Source: an uncultured Fibrobacterales bacterium (GTDB lineage Bacteria > Fibrobacterota > Fibrobacteria > Fibrobacterales > CAWVXU01). Taken from it: a DNA stretch of 25,709 nt. The notes beneath the pieces were generated by a model, which saw only the letters and a program-made list of their open reading frames with translations, did no database searches and had not been told where the DNA came from. Every line of letters starts with the position of its first letter. The first letter of the stretch is position 1. The stretch spans positions 1-25,709 of the forward strand of contig CAWVXU010000033.1 of assembly GCA_963934255.1 (NCBI GenBank). Reading direction: 5' to 3'. The translations under genes and the position numbers were made by a program. Shown one piece after another: positions 9,691 through 18,323 of this stretch.

Positions 9691-10723
9691 ACTTATTATT
9701 CTTTAAAATTCGATTGTCAAAATTTATTTCAGACTCTCCTCGTTTGGAGCGATCTTGGATGATTTCGATTAGTTTTCGGTTAAATTCAGCAGCAGTATCC
9801 TGTCCATTGACCTTCATGAGTGCATTCATCGCTACAACTTCTGAAATCACGGTAATATTTTTACCTGGAGATACTGGAATGACAACTATAGGGATTTGAA
9901 TCCCCATAATATCGATAAACTTGTCAACCAGGCCCGTTCTTTCATAGTCAGTTTCTTTATTCCAATATTGAAGTTCGACAATCATCTCTACTTTTTTGAT
10001 TTTTCGAACTGCGTGTATGCCAAACATGGACTTAATATCAATGATGCCTACACCTCTAATTTCCATATGATGGGAGATAATATGGTTGGATTTACCTATG
10101 ATTGAATCATCTATTTTGACGAGCTTTACCATGTCATCGGCCACAAGCCGATGCCCGCGCTCAACTAAATCGAGTACACATTCACTCTTACCGATGTTGG
10201 ACGAGCCCACATAGAGCATTCCAATTCCATAGACATCAACAAGTGAAGCATGCACAGCTGAATAAGGTGCAAACCATTCATCTAAAATTTTTGTTACCCC
10301 GCCGATATAGTCGACCGTTGGCAGACTGGAAGTAAAAATAGGCATCCTGAGGGAGTGACAATGATCAATCAGCTCCTGAGGAACAGGCACCTCATTGGTC
10401 ATCACCCAAAGCGGGGACTTAAAGGCTCTAAGGTTTAAGAGAAGTTGAGTTCTTTCCTCTGAAGTGCGAGAATTAAGAAAACTCCACTCCGTGCGGCCCA
10501 GGATCTGCATCCTTTGGTGAGTAAACACCTCAGTATAACCAGCCATGGCAAGACCTGGTCTATGAATAGTCGGTTCGCAAATTTCTGTGAGTAAAAATTC
10601 TTCTGGGCTGTGGCATGTTAGGCCAAGTTCTTGGCCATATCTGCGGAAAAAGTCCCTCACAAGGAAGGACTCTTTGGTCAATACGTTAAGATTCTCTAAT
10701 GGATTATTTGGTTTATTAGACAT
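9683..10723 (-). CDS. hprK: HPr(Ser) kinase/phosphorylase
   Basis: RPGLAMAGY, Walker A GSSNIGKSE, RGHRLVADD, MEIRGVGII. Confidence 0.96.
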   Translation of the reverse strand: MSNKPNNPLENLNVLTKESFLVRDFFRRYGQELGLTCHSPEEFLLTEICEPTIHRPGLAMAGYTEVFTHQRMQILGRTEWSFLNSRTSEERTQLLLNLRAFKSPLWVMTNEVPVPQELIDHCHSLRMPIFTSSLPTVDYIGGVTKILDEWFAPYSAVHASLVDVYGIGMLYVGSSNIGKSECVLDLVERGHRLVADDMVKLVKIDDSIIGKSNHIISHHMEIRGVGIIDIKSMFGIHAVRKIKKVEMIVELQYWNKETDYERTGLVDKFIDIMGIQIPIVVIPVSPGKNITVISEVVAMNALMKVNGQDTAAEFNRKLIEIIQDRSKRGESEINFDNRILKNNKYE

Positions 10724-10784
10724 AGATTATAGACCTCTGAATGTATCATCAAGGATATCCCAATACATTTCTAGGTCAAAAAAG

Positions 10785-11108
10785 TTATTCTGAAACTAGA
10801 TCGGCAACGGGAGTTGAACGATGTTCCTTCAATTTACCATTTTCTTTCTTTAATTGTCTTTGAATTTTGTTCATCACTGCATCGATTGCTTTTCCCATGT
10901 GATCTTCTTCTGCATGGGCCGACAGTGATTTGTCTAGGATGTTAAGCTTTAACTCCACCTTACGCTTGTGTTCACCGACTTGGTCTAGCACAACAATAGC
11001 GTCAGTAATGTTGTTATAAAACTTAGTCAACCCTTGGACTTGTTCTGTAACGCTATCTTGAAGTTCTTGAGACGCATGGAAGTGACGAGCTGTAATTTGA
11101 ATATTCAT
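10785..11108 (-). CDS. hpf: Ribosome hibernation promoting factor (short HPF/RaiA)
   Basis: MNIQITARH...AIDAVMNKIQRQLKK; lies directly downstream of rpoN; AGGAG SD upstream. Confidence 0.93.
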   Translation of the reverse strand: MNIQITARHFHASQELQDSVTEQVQGLTKFYNNITDAIVVLDQVGEHKRKVELKLNILDKSLSAHAEEDHMGKAIDAVMNKIQRQLKKENGKLKEHRSTPVADLVSE

Positions 11109-11151
11109 GAATTTCTCCTATCAGAACTAGAACGGCCTAGCTCTCTCTTTT

Positions 11152-11180
11152 ATTATATAAGGAAAAATATTGAGAATCAA
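11152..11180 (-). promoter_or_regulatory. sigma70-type internal promoter for hpf and downstream genes
   Basis: TTGATT (11180-11175), 17-nt spacer, TATAAT (11157-11152). Confidence 0.7.
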
Positions 11181-11250
11181 GTTTTTTTGAAGTTTTTAGC
11201 ATAGTTTGTGAAAATGACAACGGAAAAACTGCGCTTCGGTGGGTGTCAAA

Positions 11251-12804
11251 TTAAAAATGTTTACGAAGGCGCGCCGGTGAAACCCCTAAAGCTTCGCGAT
11301 ATTTGGCAATGGTGCGACGTGCCACTTTAAGCCCTTGCTCTTTTAAGGCATCTGTGATTTTTTGATCCGACAGTGGCTTTTTAGGGTTTTCATCTTCGAT
11401 TAGTGCCTTAATAGCTTCTTTGGCCTGGCGAGAACTTACATCTTCTCCATCGCCTTGAGGGACAGCAGCAGTAAAGAAATATTTGAGTTCAAATACACCC
11501 ATAGGGGTCTGTACGTATTTACCGTTAGTCACCCGATTAACAGTCGAGATATGCATCTCTATAATATCTGCAATATCTTGCAAAATCATTGGCTTGATAT
11601 AAGACGGACCTCGTTCAAAGAAATCACCTTGTTTTTGTACAATTGCCTTCATGACCTTCATCATAGTGGATTTGCGTTGATCAATAGCACGGATAAGCCA
11701 ATTGGCAGAATTCAACTTGTCTTTAATAAACTTCTTTTCTTCTTTATTGGCACGACTTCCCTTACTGAGCATCTGAGAATAAAGAGATGAAATGAAAAGT
11801 TGAGGCATGTTCTTATCATTAAGCGCAATACGAATCTCACCATCAATAATCTCAAGAATTAAATCAGGTATTACACTTGAGCTGACACTTGAAGTGATGC
11901 TTCTAGCAGGTCTTGGGTCAAGATTCCCAATCTCACGAAAAGCTTTTTGAATGTTTTCTGGGCTAGTCTCATAAGTCTTAGCAAGTAAGGAAACTTGTAC
12001 TTTTTGAAGCATCGGAAAAGAATTTTCCAATATCGGCATGACGAGTGGGCTCTCAAATTTCACTCGATAAGCTTGAAGAAGTAAACACTCTTGCAAATTT
12101 CTAGCACCAATCCCAATAGGTTCAAGAGTGTGCAGCACATGCAGTGCCTCTCGAATGAAGCTATGTTGGCTTTGAGTTTCCGGTTTCTCAATAACTTCCA
12201 AGTCAATTCTAAGAAATTTCTCTACTTCAATCAGAGCTTCTTTTAATTTTGGACTAATATCCCCAAATTGAATCTCTTCAACTGCAAGTGGAGAGGCTTC
12301 TAAAAAACCTTCATCATTGAGGCACTCAATTAAGTACTCAACTATTTGAATAAGAAATGAATCGACATCACGATCGTGTAATTGGTGTAATAAATTTTCT
12401 TGAAAACTACTTTCATAAGTCGGGGTGCGCTCAAGAGTCTCCTCTGGGGTCCCAATCATATCATTGCCTTTAGAGTGAGTCTCCATACCACTATTGAGGT
12501 ATTCATCCCAGTCAATGTCGTCAGCTTCTACTTCTTTGAGATCTTCAACGGCATCTTCTTGTGCAATTTCTGAAATTTCTTCGGATTCACCTGCGTGGTC
12601 ATCATCATACTCGTCACCCTGGTCATCAGCTTGATCAAGGAGGTCTTCGGCTGTAGACAAAAGGGGGTTAATCTCAAGCTCTTGCTTGATCATGAGTTCG
12701 AGTTCTTGCGAGTTGACTTGCAAAAGCTTCAGAGACTGAATCATTTGCGGAGTGAGCTTTTGCTCGAGTCTCGCACTAACGTTGAGTTGCATTCCTAAAT
12801 CCAT
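11251..12804 (-). CDS. rpoN: RNA polymerase sigma-54 factor
   Basis: Gln/Leu-rich region I (QKLTPQMIQSLKLLQ), HISTVNRVT, FELKYFF, RpoN box ARRTIAKYRE. Confidence 0.97.
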   Translation of the reverse strand: MDLGMQLNVSARLEQKLTPQMIQSLKLLQVNSQELELMIKQELEINPLLSTAEDLLDQADDQGDEYDDDHAGESEEISEIAQEDAVEDLKEVEADDIDWDEYLNSGMETHSKGNDMIGTPEETLERTPTYESSFQENLLHQLHDRDVDSFLIQIVEYLIECLNDEGFLEASPLAVEEIQFGDISPKLKEALIEVEKFLRIDLEVIEKPETQSQHSFIREALHVLHTLEPIGIGARNLQECLLLQAYRVKFESPLVMPILENSFPMLQKVQVSLLAKTYETSPENIQKAFREIGNLDPRPARSITSSVSSSVIPDLILEIIDGEIRIALNDKNMPQLFISSLYSQMLSKGSRANKEEKKFIKDKLNSANWLIRAIDQRKSTMMKVMKAIVQKQGDFFERGPSYIKPMILQDIADIIEMHISTVNRVTNGKYVQTPMGVFELKYFFTAAVPQGDGEDVSSRQAKEAIKALIEDENPKKPLSDQKITDALKEQGLKVARRTIAKYREALGVSPARLRKHF

Positions 12805-12811
12805 TAGTAAT

Positions 12812-12840
12812 ATTATAGCAAATCAATTTTCGATACGCAA
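12812..12840 (-). promoter_or_regulatory. sigma70-type promoter for rpoN with extended -10 (probably leaderless)
   Basis: TTGCGT (12840-12835), 17-nt spacer ending in TGc, TATAAT (12817-12812), then 7 nt to ATG. No SD sequence. Confidence 0.7.
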
Positions 12841-12852
12841 TTTCAATGCCAA
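12836..12852 (-). promoter_or_regulatory. sigma54 -24/-12 site upstream of rpoN
   Basis: TTGGCATTGAAATTGCG, with exact GG-N10-GC spacing and a close match to TGGCAC-N5-TTGC. Confidence 0.65.
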
Positions 12853-12858
12853 AAAAAA

Positions 12859-13596
12859 TTAAAGTGTGAAGGATTCTCCCAAATAGATACGCTTAGCTTC
12901 TTCGTCGCTTGCCAAATGTTCGGCGGTACCTTCAACCAAGATCTGACCTTTAGCTACAATGTATGCTCGATCTGTAATGGCAAGTGTCTCTCTGACACTA
13001 TGATCAGTGATCAACACCCCCATGCCATCCTCTTTGAGCTTGCGGATGATGGATTGGATATCTTCCACAGCGATCGGATCAATCCCTGCGAAAGGCTCAT
13101 CTAAAAGCAAAAAATCGGGTTCAGACGCTAAGGCCCTTGCGATTTCTAAACGACGACGTTCTCCGCCAGACAGAGACATTGCGGTATTTTTACGAATATG
13201 AGAAATTTTGAAGTCTTCAAGTAAAAATTCAAGGCGTTCTTTGCGAGCTGCACGACCCTTTTTGTTATGCTCCAAAATGGCCATGATGTTTTCTTCCACA
13301 CTGAGTTTGCGGAAGATGCTGGCTTCTTGAGGTAGATATCCCAGGCCTAAACGTGCCCGCTTATGCATCGGAAGACTAGTTATTTCTTTTTCATCCAGAA
13401 AAATATGACCGCCATCAGGATGAACCATTCCAGTAATCATATAAAACGATGTTGTTTTACCAGCGCCATTAGGGCCTAATAATCCCACGACTTCACCTTG
13501 GGTGAGGCCGATTGAAATTCCGTCAACGACTTTACGGCCTGTATAATTTTTTTCTAGGCTCTGAGCCCTAAGAGTTCTGAGTCCATCATTTTTCAT
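12859..13596 (-). CDS. lptB: LPS export ABC transporter ATPase LptB
   Basis: [57 protein letters not shown]. Confidence 0.97.
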   Translation of the reverse strand: MKNDGLRTLRAQSLEKNYTGRKVVDGISIGLTQGEVVGLLGPNGAGKTTSFYMITGMVHPDGGHIFLDEKEITSLPMHKRARLGLGYLPQEASIFRKLSVEENIMAILEHNKKGRAARKERLEFLLEDFKISHIRKNTAMSLSGGERRRLEIARALASEPDFLLLDEPFAGIDPIAVEDIQSIIRKLKEDGMGVLITDHSVRETLAITDRAYIVAKGQILVEGTAEHLASDEEAKRIYLGESFTL

Positions 13597-15040
13597 CTTT
13601 ATCTACTCCCATGAAAATTCCTGAGGCAAGGTTTCCCTTGATTGAAATTTTCTCTAATTTACTTCCTTCAAATTGCAGATCGAGTGAATCACCTTGAGCC
13701 TCATTCCAGCCTCCGAATACACCGTCTTCTTTAAAGAAAAAGTACTTGGTTCGCGCATCGTCTCTGACTTTGGCAAGCTTGGGTTGCGAGTTTTCAAAAT
13801 CAATTGTAAGTGATTTTCCATTAATTTTATTTACAAAAGATTTTTTGGACTCATCGAAAAATCGGCCTTCACCTTGTCCATCAACTCGCAAGAAATCAAC
13901 ATCATCATTCTTAAATATAACTACCATGGAATCACCCTCTACTTCAGTCCATTGGACATCATCAGGATCAGAGATACTATCACTTTGTTGACCAAAAGCA
14001 TCCCCCCAAACTTTGATTTTTTCAAGTTTGGATCCATCGAGCCAAATTTCCATTTTAATGCCTTTAACAAAATAAGATCCTACTCGAGCTTGTGGAGATC
14101 CTGATAGCTTCAGGTAGCCTTCTTTATAATCAAAAAAAGCCGAATCACATTGTATATCCATTTCCCCTTTAATTATATGAACATTAGTCATAGCATTGGC
14201 TTGCCTTTGGTCTTGCATGTATCGAAGTCGGTCAGCGGTGATTGTGAGAGTATCTAGCTCCGAGCTAACATCTATGTCTTTGGCTTGATCTACAGAAGAT
14301 TTTCTTGACTTGTATTTTTTTGATTGTATTCTGGATGTTTTTTTCTTAATTCTTTGCTTTCTTGCTGCTTTTCTTTTTTCAAGAAATTTTCGTTTTCTTT
14401 CTGCTGACTTGGCAATGCTAGAAACTGTATTATTTGATTGAGCAGTAGTGAATTGCTGAGAAGCCTTATCAGCTGAAATTGGTTTTGAAGTTTGGTTTTT
14501 TTTCAATTGCCTCAGTCGATGCTTTTCTACCCTCTTTTTATTTCGAATTTCTTCGAGCTCCTTTGATTGTGCTTCCTTTTTAATTTTTAAACTATCAAGT
14601 AGAGCCTGATTAGGGAATTTAGTGAGTGTCGGCCTCTTGCCCCATACATTGACTATCCCTTCATCTCGCTTATAATCAAGTGTATCCCCATTGAGTGTTA
14701 ATTCACCGAGAGAATCCGTCATAAAAACATTACCGTATGCTGAGGCGCGGTTTTGACGTCGAGAATATCGACCCGATTTTGATTTAATCATCCCTTGAGG
14801 GTGAGTGATTGCAAGGCCACCTTTGAAGATGACATTATCTTTTTTCTTATCCCAATTAGCATAGTGTGTTGCAAATCGAAGTGAGTCATGTTTAAACTTA
14901 ACATTTCTAAAGAGTGTATAATTCCCTGTTTTACGATTAACATAAAGAGAGTCTGCACTTTGCATCACGATGGGGGTACTTTGTGCCAAGATGTCACTAG
15001 CTATGAAAAAGAAAGCTAAAATTGTAAATAAAGGCCTCAT
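13586..15040 (-). CDS. Long OstA/LptA-like beta-jellyroll LPS transport protein
   Basis: Signal peptide; repeated beta-taco motifs (ADSL, GNV.M.D, GDTL.Y, CDSA.F, GDSM); sits between lptC and lptB. Confidence 0.78.
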   Translation of the reverse strand: MRPLFTILAFFFIASDILAQSTPIVMQSADSLYVNRKTGNYTLFRNVKFKHDSLRFATHYANWDKKKDNVIFKGGLAITHPQGMIKSKSGRYSRRQNRASAYGNVFMTDSLGELTLNGDTLDYKRDEGIVNVWGKRPTLTKFPNQALLDSLKIKKEAQSKELEEIRNKKRVEKHRLRQLKKNQTSKPISADKASQQFTTAQSNNTVSSIAKSAERKRKFLEKRKAARKQRIKKKTSRIQSKKYKSRKSSVDQAKDIDVSSELDTLTITADRLRYMQDQRQANAMTNVHIIKGEMDIQCDSAFFDYKEGYLKLSGSPQARVGSYFVKGIKMEIWLDGSKLEKIKVWGDAFGQQSDSISDPDDVQWTEVEGDSMVVIFKNDDVDFLRVDGQGEGRFFDESKKSFVNKINGKSLTIDFENSQPKLAKVRDDARTKYFFFKEDGVFGGWNEAQGDSLDLQFEGSKLEKISIKGNLASGIFMGVDKDEK

Positions 15041-15630
15041 GGTGACTCATTCTCTTCAAGACGAATGGTGGCTTCTTGAAATATCCCACGAACATTTTTG
15101 AGTATTTTCCATTCTTCCAACTTGGAGTCGGAAATGAATCCAATGCCAGCCAGCACATCCCCCTCAGGGCTTAAAACTCGAACCTCAGACATGGTTTGGA
15201 CTCGGTCATCGGCTTTATTCCAAGTGAGACTATCAGCGCGAACTGAAGCTCCATCGGGTGAGTGAGCATGAACATGCCCGTAAGCGTTTATGAAAGTCAT
15301 TTTGGTATCCAATGAGCCTGAATCAGCCCTTAAAAAGGCGACTTTAGCACCCGTTGAATCAAAAATATCCACATCAATGGGTTTGACAAAAATTCGTTCG
15401 GATCCAGACCACCTTTCTAGATAATCTGTACGAAGTCTCCACTGCAAAATAGAGTCTTTGTAGCTTTCTAGGACTGTTTTGTCCTCAAATCTCATCAATG
15501 GCCGTGGCTTAACATCACGTTTAGTTGACTCCTCATCCAATTTAGAACACGAAGTTGCACTAGTAGCTATAAGGCATACAACGAGAAAATTGGTAAAAAT
15601 ACCCAGTAATTTGATGAAAAGTTTTGTCAT
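15037..15630 (-). CDS. lptC: LPS export protein LptC (possible lipoprotein)
   Basis: LRADSG, ADSLTW, GIGFISD; first gene of the lptC-lptA-lptB block; ATSC lipobox-like site. Confidence 0.85.
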   Translation of the reverse strand: MTKLFIKLLGIFTNFLVVCLIATSATSCSKLDEESTKRDVKPRPLMRFEDKTVLESYKDSILQWRLRTDYLERWSGSERIFVKPIDVDIFDSTGAKVAFLRADSGSLDTKMTFINAYGHVHAHSPDGASVRADSLTWNKADDRVQTMSEVRVLSPEGDVLAGIGFISDSKLEEWKILKNVRGIFQEATIRLEENESP

Positions 15631-15659
15631 ACAGCTTTAAAATTAGCATTTTATGGGGT

Positions 15660-16055
15660 ATGAAATACAAAACAGATGTAGAAGTTAGATATCAAGAGAC
15701 AGATGCTATGGGCGTGGTCCATCATTCTGTCTATGCTGTGTGGTTTGAACTCGCTCGAATCAGAGGTTTGCGCCTTGATGGTTTTGCTTATGAAGAGCTT
15801 GAAGCCAGGGGCCAAAACATCCCGGTCATTGGTCTGCATGTCGAGTACCTCAAATCAGTCAAATTTGGTCACATGATAGAGATTCGCATGGATATTGAGC
15901 AAGAAAGTAGGATGAAATTTCGCTTTGTTTACGAAGCTTATGTGGGTGATCAAAAAGTCGCAACAGGCTATACTCAACACGCCTTTACTAACTCCCAAGG
16001 CCAGCCTATTCGCCCACCTCAAGAATTTATTGAGTTTTTCTTCACAAAAGACTAA
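15660..16055 (+). CDS. Acyl-CoA thioesterase, YbgC/4HBT hot-dog family
   Basis: VRYQETDAMGVVHHSVYAVWFELAR motif. Start moved to ATG 15660 because the ORF-track start at 15624 overlaps the lptC start. Confidence 0.9.
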   Translation: MKYKTDVEVRYQETDAMGVVHHSVYAVWFELARIRGLRLDGFAYEELEARGQNIPVIGLHVEYLKSVKFGHMIEIRMDIEQESRMKFRFVYEAYVGDQKVATGYTQHAFTNSQGQPIRPPQEFIEFFFTKD

Positions 16056-16439
16056 AGTTTTTAAATTCGAAACCCGATACTTGTAAATGAGACCAATATT
16101 GTAACGGTGTTAATCGATCTTCCCCATGGGTTAACACGCTTTAGAGTTACTTTTGAAGCCTCCGATCACAAGGGTGAATACTTAGGTATTCACTTTTGTT
16201 GTTTCTACGACTCTCAGTTCCTAGAACTCCACAATTTGGCTTTTATTAACCTTGATTTGACCCAAAATACTCTGATATGTTTTTTTCCTTAATACACAAA
16301 TGATGGGAAGTCTAATGTCTGAATAATCAAATACTGCCGGAGAAAAGTGTAGGAAAATTCTGACTTCTGCCAAAACAAGTTTATGGGTTTGAACCGAAAT
16401 GGGACGTTGAAACTTCTTTGTGCACTCAGCATACATGCT

Positions 16440-16561
16440 TATAGACGCAATATTCTCTTGTTGCCTTAACCAGCTACTCGATTGAAGGAAACAGGATATC
16501 CAGCTTCATTTAAATCAACGATAATTCTTGGGCTTCAGTAAGTCTATAGATTCTCTTCATT
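16440..16561 (-). pseudogene. Degraded IS3-family transposase (OrfB HTH-like region) fragment
   Basis: Manual translation gives EENL*TY*SPRIIVDLNEAGYPVSFNRVA, then after a frameshift LRQQENI. This matches the IS3 motif TYGSPRI...L...G..VS..RVARLM. Confidence 0.72.
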
Positions 16562-16723
16562 ATTTAGCTGTCAATCTGACATTGAATTTAATACCCACTT
16601 TTAGAATCCACTTGGAGGAGTCATCTTTTTTAAGTTCTCCTAGGGATTGATTCAATCCTAATAATTTATTTAATCTTTTTTTTCATTTGCGCTCTAGTCA
16701 AGATACCTGTTTATTTAAATCAT

Positions 16724-17611
16724 TCAGTGTTTAAAATATTTAGGGAAAATAGCACCGAGTTGCATAATCAATAAACCACACACTATGATAGCGCCGCTAA
16801 TAAAATGAAAGCTTTCTAAAGTCTCTCCAAAAAGCGCCGAACTCATCCCGGCAGAAAGCGGAACTAAATTAACAAACACACCAGCTTTATTGGCCCCGAG
16901 TTCTTTGACACCTTTGTTCCATAGAAGATAAGAGATACCGGAACCAAATATACCGATGCCAGCAGCGCCAATCCAAAATTTCATACTATGCTCGGCAACA
17001 TGAGCGGTCTCAGTAAAAGGAGCTGTCAAGCTCAGGCAGATTAGACAAATGAAGGCAGCCATGAGAGTATATTTGCCTGTAGGTAATTCAGGTGAACTAT
17101 ACTTCTTTACCCAGACGTGGTGAAGAGCAAAAAAGTTGACTGCAATTAAAACAATTAAATCTCCTAGTGTAAACCCTAAGTTAAGCACTTGAGATAGGTC
17201 ACCCTGAAAAAGCAAAAAAAGCACTCCCAAAAGTGCAATAAAAATCCCTACAATATGATTTTTATGAATGGCTGTATTTAGAATGAAATGTGAATAAATT
17301 AAAGTGAGCGCCGGATTAAGACCCATAATAAGAGCACCATTCACACCAGTAGTTGAATCCATCCCCAGGAAAAAGAAAATATTAAAGCCAAAAAGACCCA
17401 CGCCGCCAATCATTAAAACACCTTTGAGATGTGTCTTGAAATCTTGGCGTGTCGGGAGGTTTCTAATATTAAATAGGACGAGTAAAAGTACACCGAACAA
17501 ATATCGCCAAAAGCCGCCTTCAATAAACTCAACTTCAGGGAGCATTAATTTCGCAAAATGAAAATTAAGCCCCCAAAGTGATGTTGCAATGATGAGTGCT
17601 AATATAGCCAT
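16724..17611 (-). CDS. DMT/EamA family transporter
   Basis: LWGLNF, two EamA repeats, SYLLWNKGVKELGA...FVNLVP...LFGE. Confidence 0.92.
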   Translation of the reverse strand: MAILALIIATSLWGLNFHFAKLMLPEVEFIEGGFWRYLFGVLLLVLFNIRNLPTRQDFKTHLKGVLMIGGVGLFGFNIFFFLGMDSTTGVNGALIMGLNPALTLIYSHFILNTAIHKNHIVGIFIALLGVLFLLFQGDLSQVLNLGFTLGDLIVLIAVNFFALHHVWVKKYSSPELPTGKYTLMAAFICLICLSLTAPFTETAHVAEHSMKFWIGAAGIGIFGSGISYLLWNKGVKELGANKAGVFVNLVPLSAGMSSALFGETLESFHFISGAIIVCGLLIMQLGAIFPKYFKH

Positions 17612-17637
17612 GATAATCTCTCAGAAGAAAATTGGGC

Positions 17638-17664
17638 AAAAAAAAGGCTGACCTTAGAGTCAAC
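17638..17664 (-). terminator. Terminator-like hairpin with U-run just upstream of the DMT gene
   Basis: Minus strand reads GTTGAC-TCTAAG-GTCAGC-C followed by a T-run of about 8. Confidence 0.5.
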
Positions 17665-17709
17665 ATACGGCTAATCAAAAGCCTAAAAAAACGAAATTAA
17701 TGATATGAG

Positions 17710-17759
17710 AAAAAAATTAGGTAAACGAGAGAGCTAGGCTCATCCGTTTACCAATTTTT
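17710..17759 (-). terminator. Rho-independent terminator of the cold-shock gene (possibly bidirectional)
   Basis: GGTAAACG...CGTTTACC inverted repeat (17720-17752) flanked by A and T runs, just after the csp stop. Confidence 0.8.
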
Positions 17760-17771
17760 AGTGTCTAATGA

Positions 17772-17966
17772 CTAGATAGCGTTAACTTTGTTAGCACATG
17801 GTCCTTTTTGACCTTGTCCAACTTCGTATTCAACCGCTTGACCATCATTCATTGTACCAGATTGGATCTCTGAATGGTGAACAAATAGATCTTTTGATCC
17901 GTCTTCTGGAGTGATAAAACCGAAACCTTTGTCAGCATTAAACCACTTTACAATACCTTTATCCAT
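17772..17966 (-). CDS. csp: Cold-shock protein (CSD family)
   Basis: [12 protein letters not shown] (RNP1), DLFVHHSEI (RNP2), KGPCA. Confidence 0.96.
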   Translation of the reverse strand: MDKGIVKWFNADKGFGFITPEDGSKDLFVHHSEIQSGTMNDGQAVEYEVGQGQKGPCANKVNAI

Positions 17967-17999
17967 AACATACTCTTTTTCTTTGGTGAAAATTATAAT

Positions 18000-18031
18000 T
18001 CCGACTTTGCTATCACCATAACAAAATCAGA
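18000..18031 (-). promoter_or_regulatory. 14-bp stem-loop in the csp 5' leader
   Basis: UCUGAUUUUGUUAU-GGUG-AUAGCAAAGUCGGA is fully paired on the mRNA strand only, using three G-U pairs. Confidence 0.7.
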
Positions 18032-18258
18032 TACTAAATCTAAAAAACCATTATAGTCCATTAGACCTGATAACCAATTTATCATTTGCCACAAATATAT
18101 CTTATTTCAAAGCGACGGGTAGTATTTCTTTTATCTAAATCAGCAGACTTTGCAAATAATGCACTCAACACCCTTAAAATAGCACCAAATACTAAAATTT
18201 CTCCCTCGATCATTCTCATAATTTAGCCCTTAATATCAAAATCACTCGGATTTTGAAC

Positions 18259-18281
18259 AAAAAAATGGGCTGTTAAGCCCA
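18259..18281 (-). terminator. Rho-independent terminator after the hypothetical gene
   Basis: TGGGCT-TAAC-AGCCCA followed by a T-run on the minus strand. Confidence 0.75.
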
Positions 18282-18323
18282 AATTGTCGCCGTAATTTAT
18301 TTCTAAACCATCAATTCAACACA

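Noticed and set aside
16107..16436. ORFs 16107-16292 (+) and 16221-16436 (-)
   Set aside because: They overlap each other, lack an SD and show no motif; possibly decayed sequence that I cannot assign.
16644..16658. Perfect palindrome GGATTGA-T-TCAATCC
   Set aside because: It lies downstream of a gene with no promoter context and occurs once; chance or a remnant is plausible.
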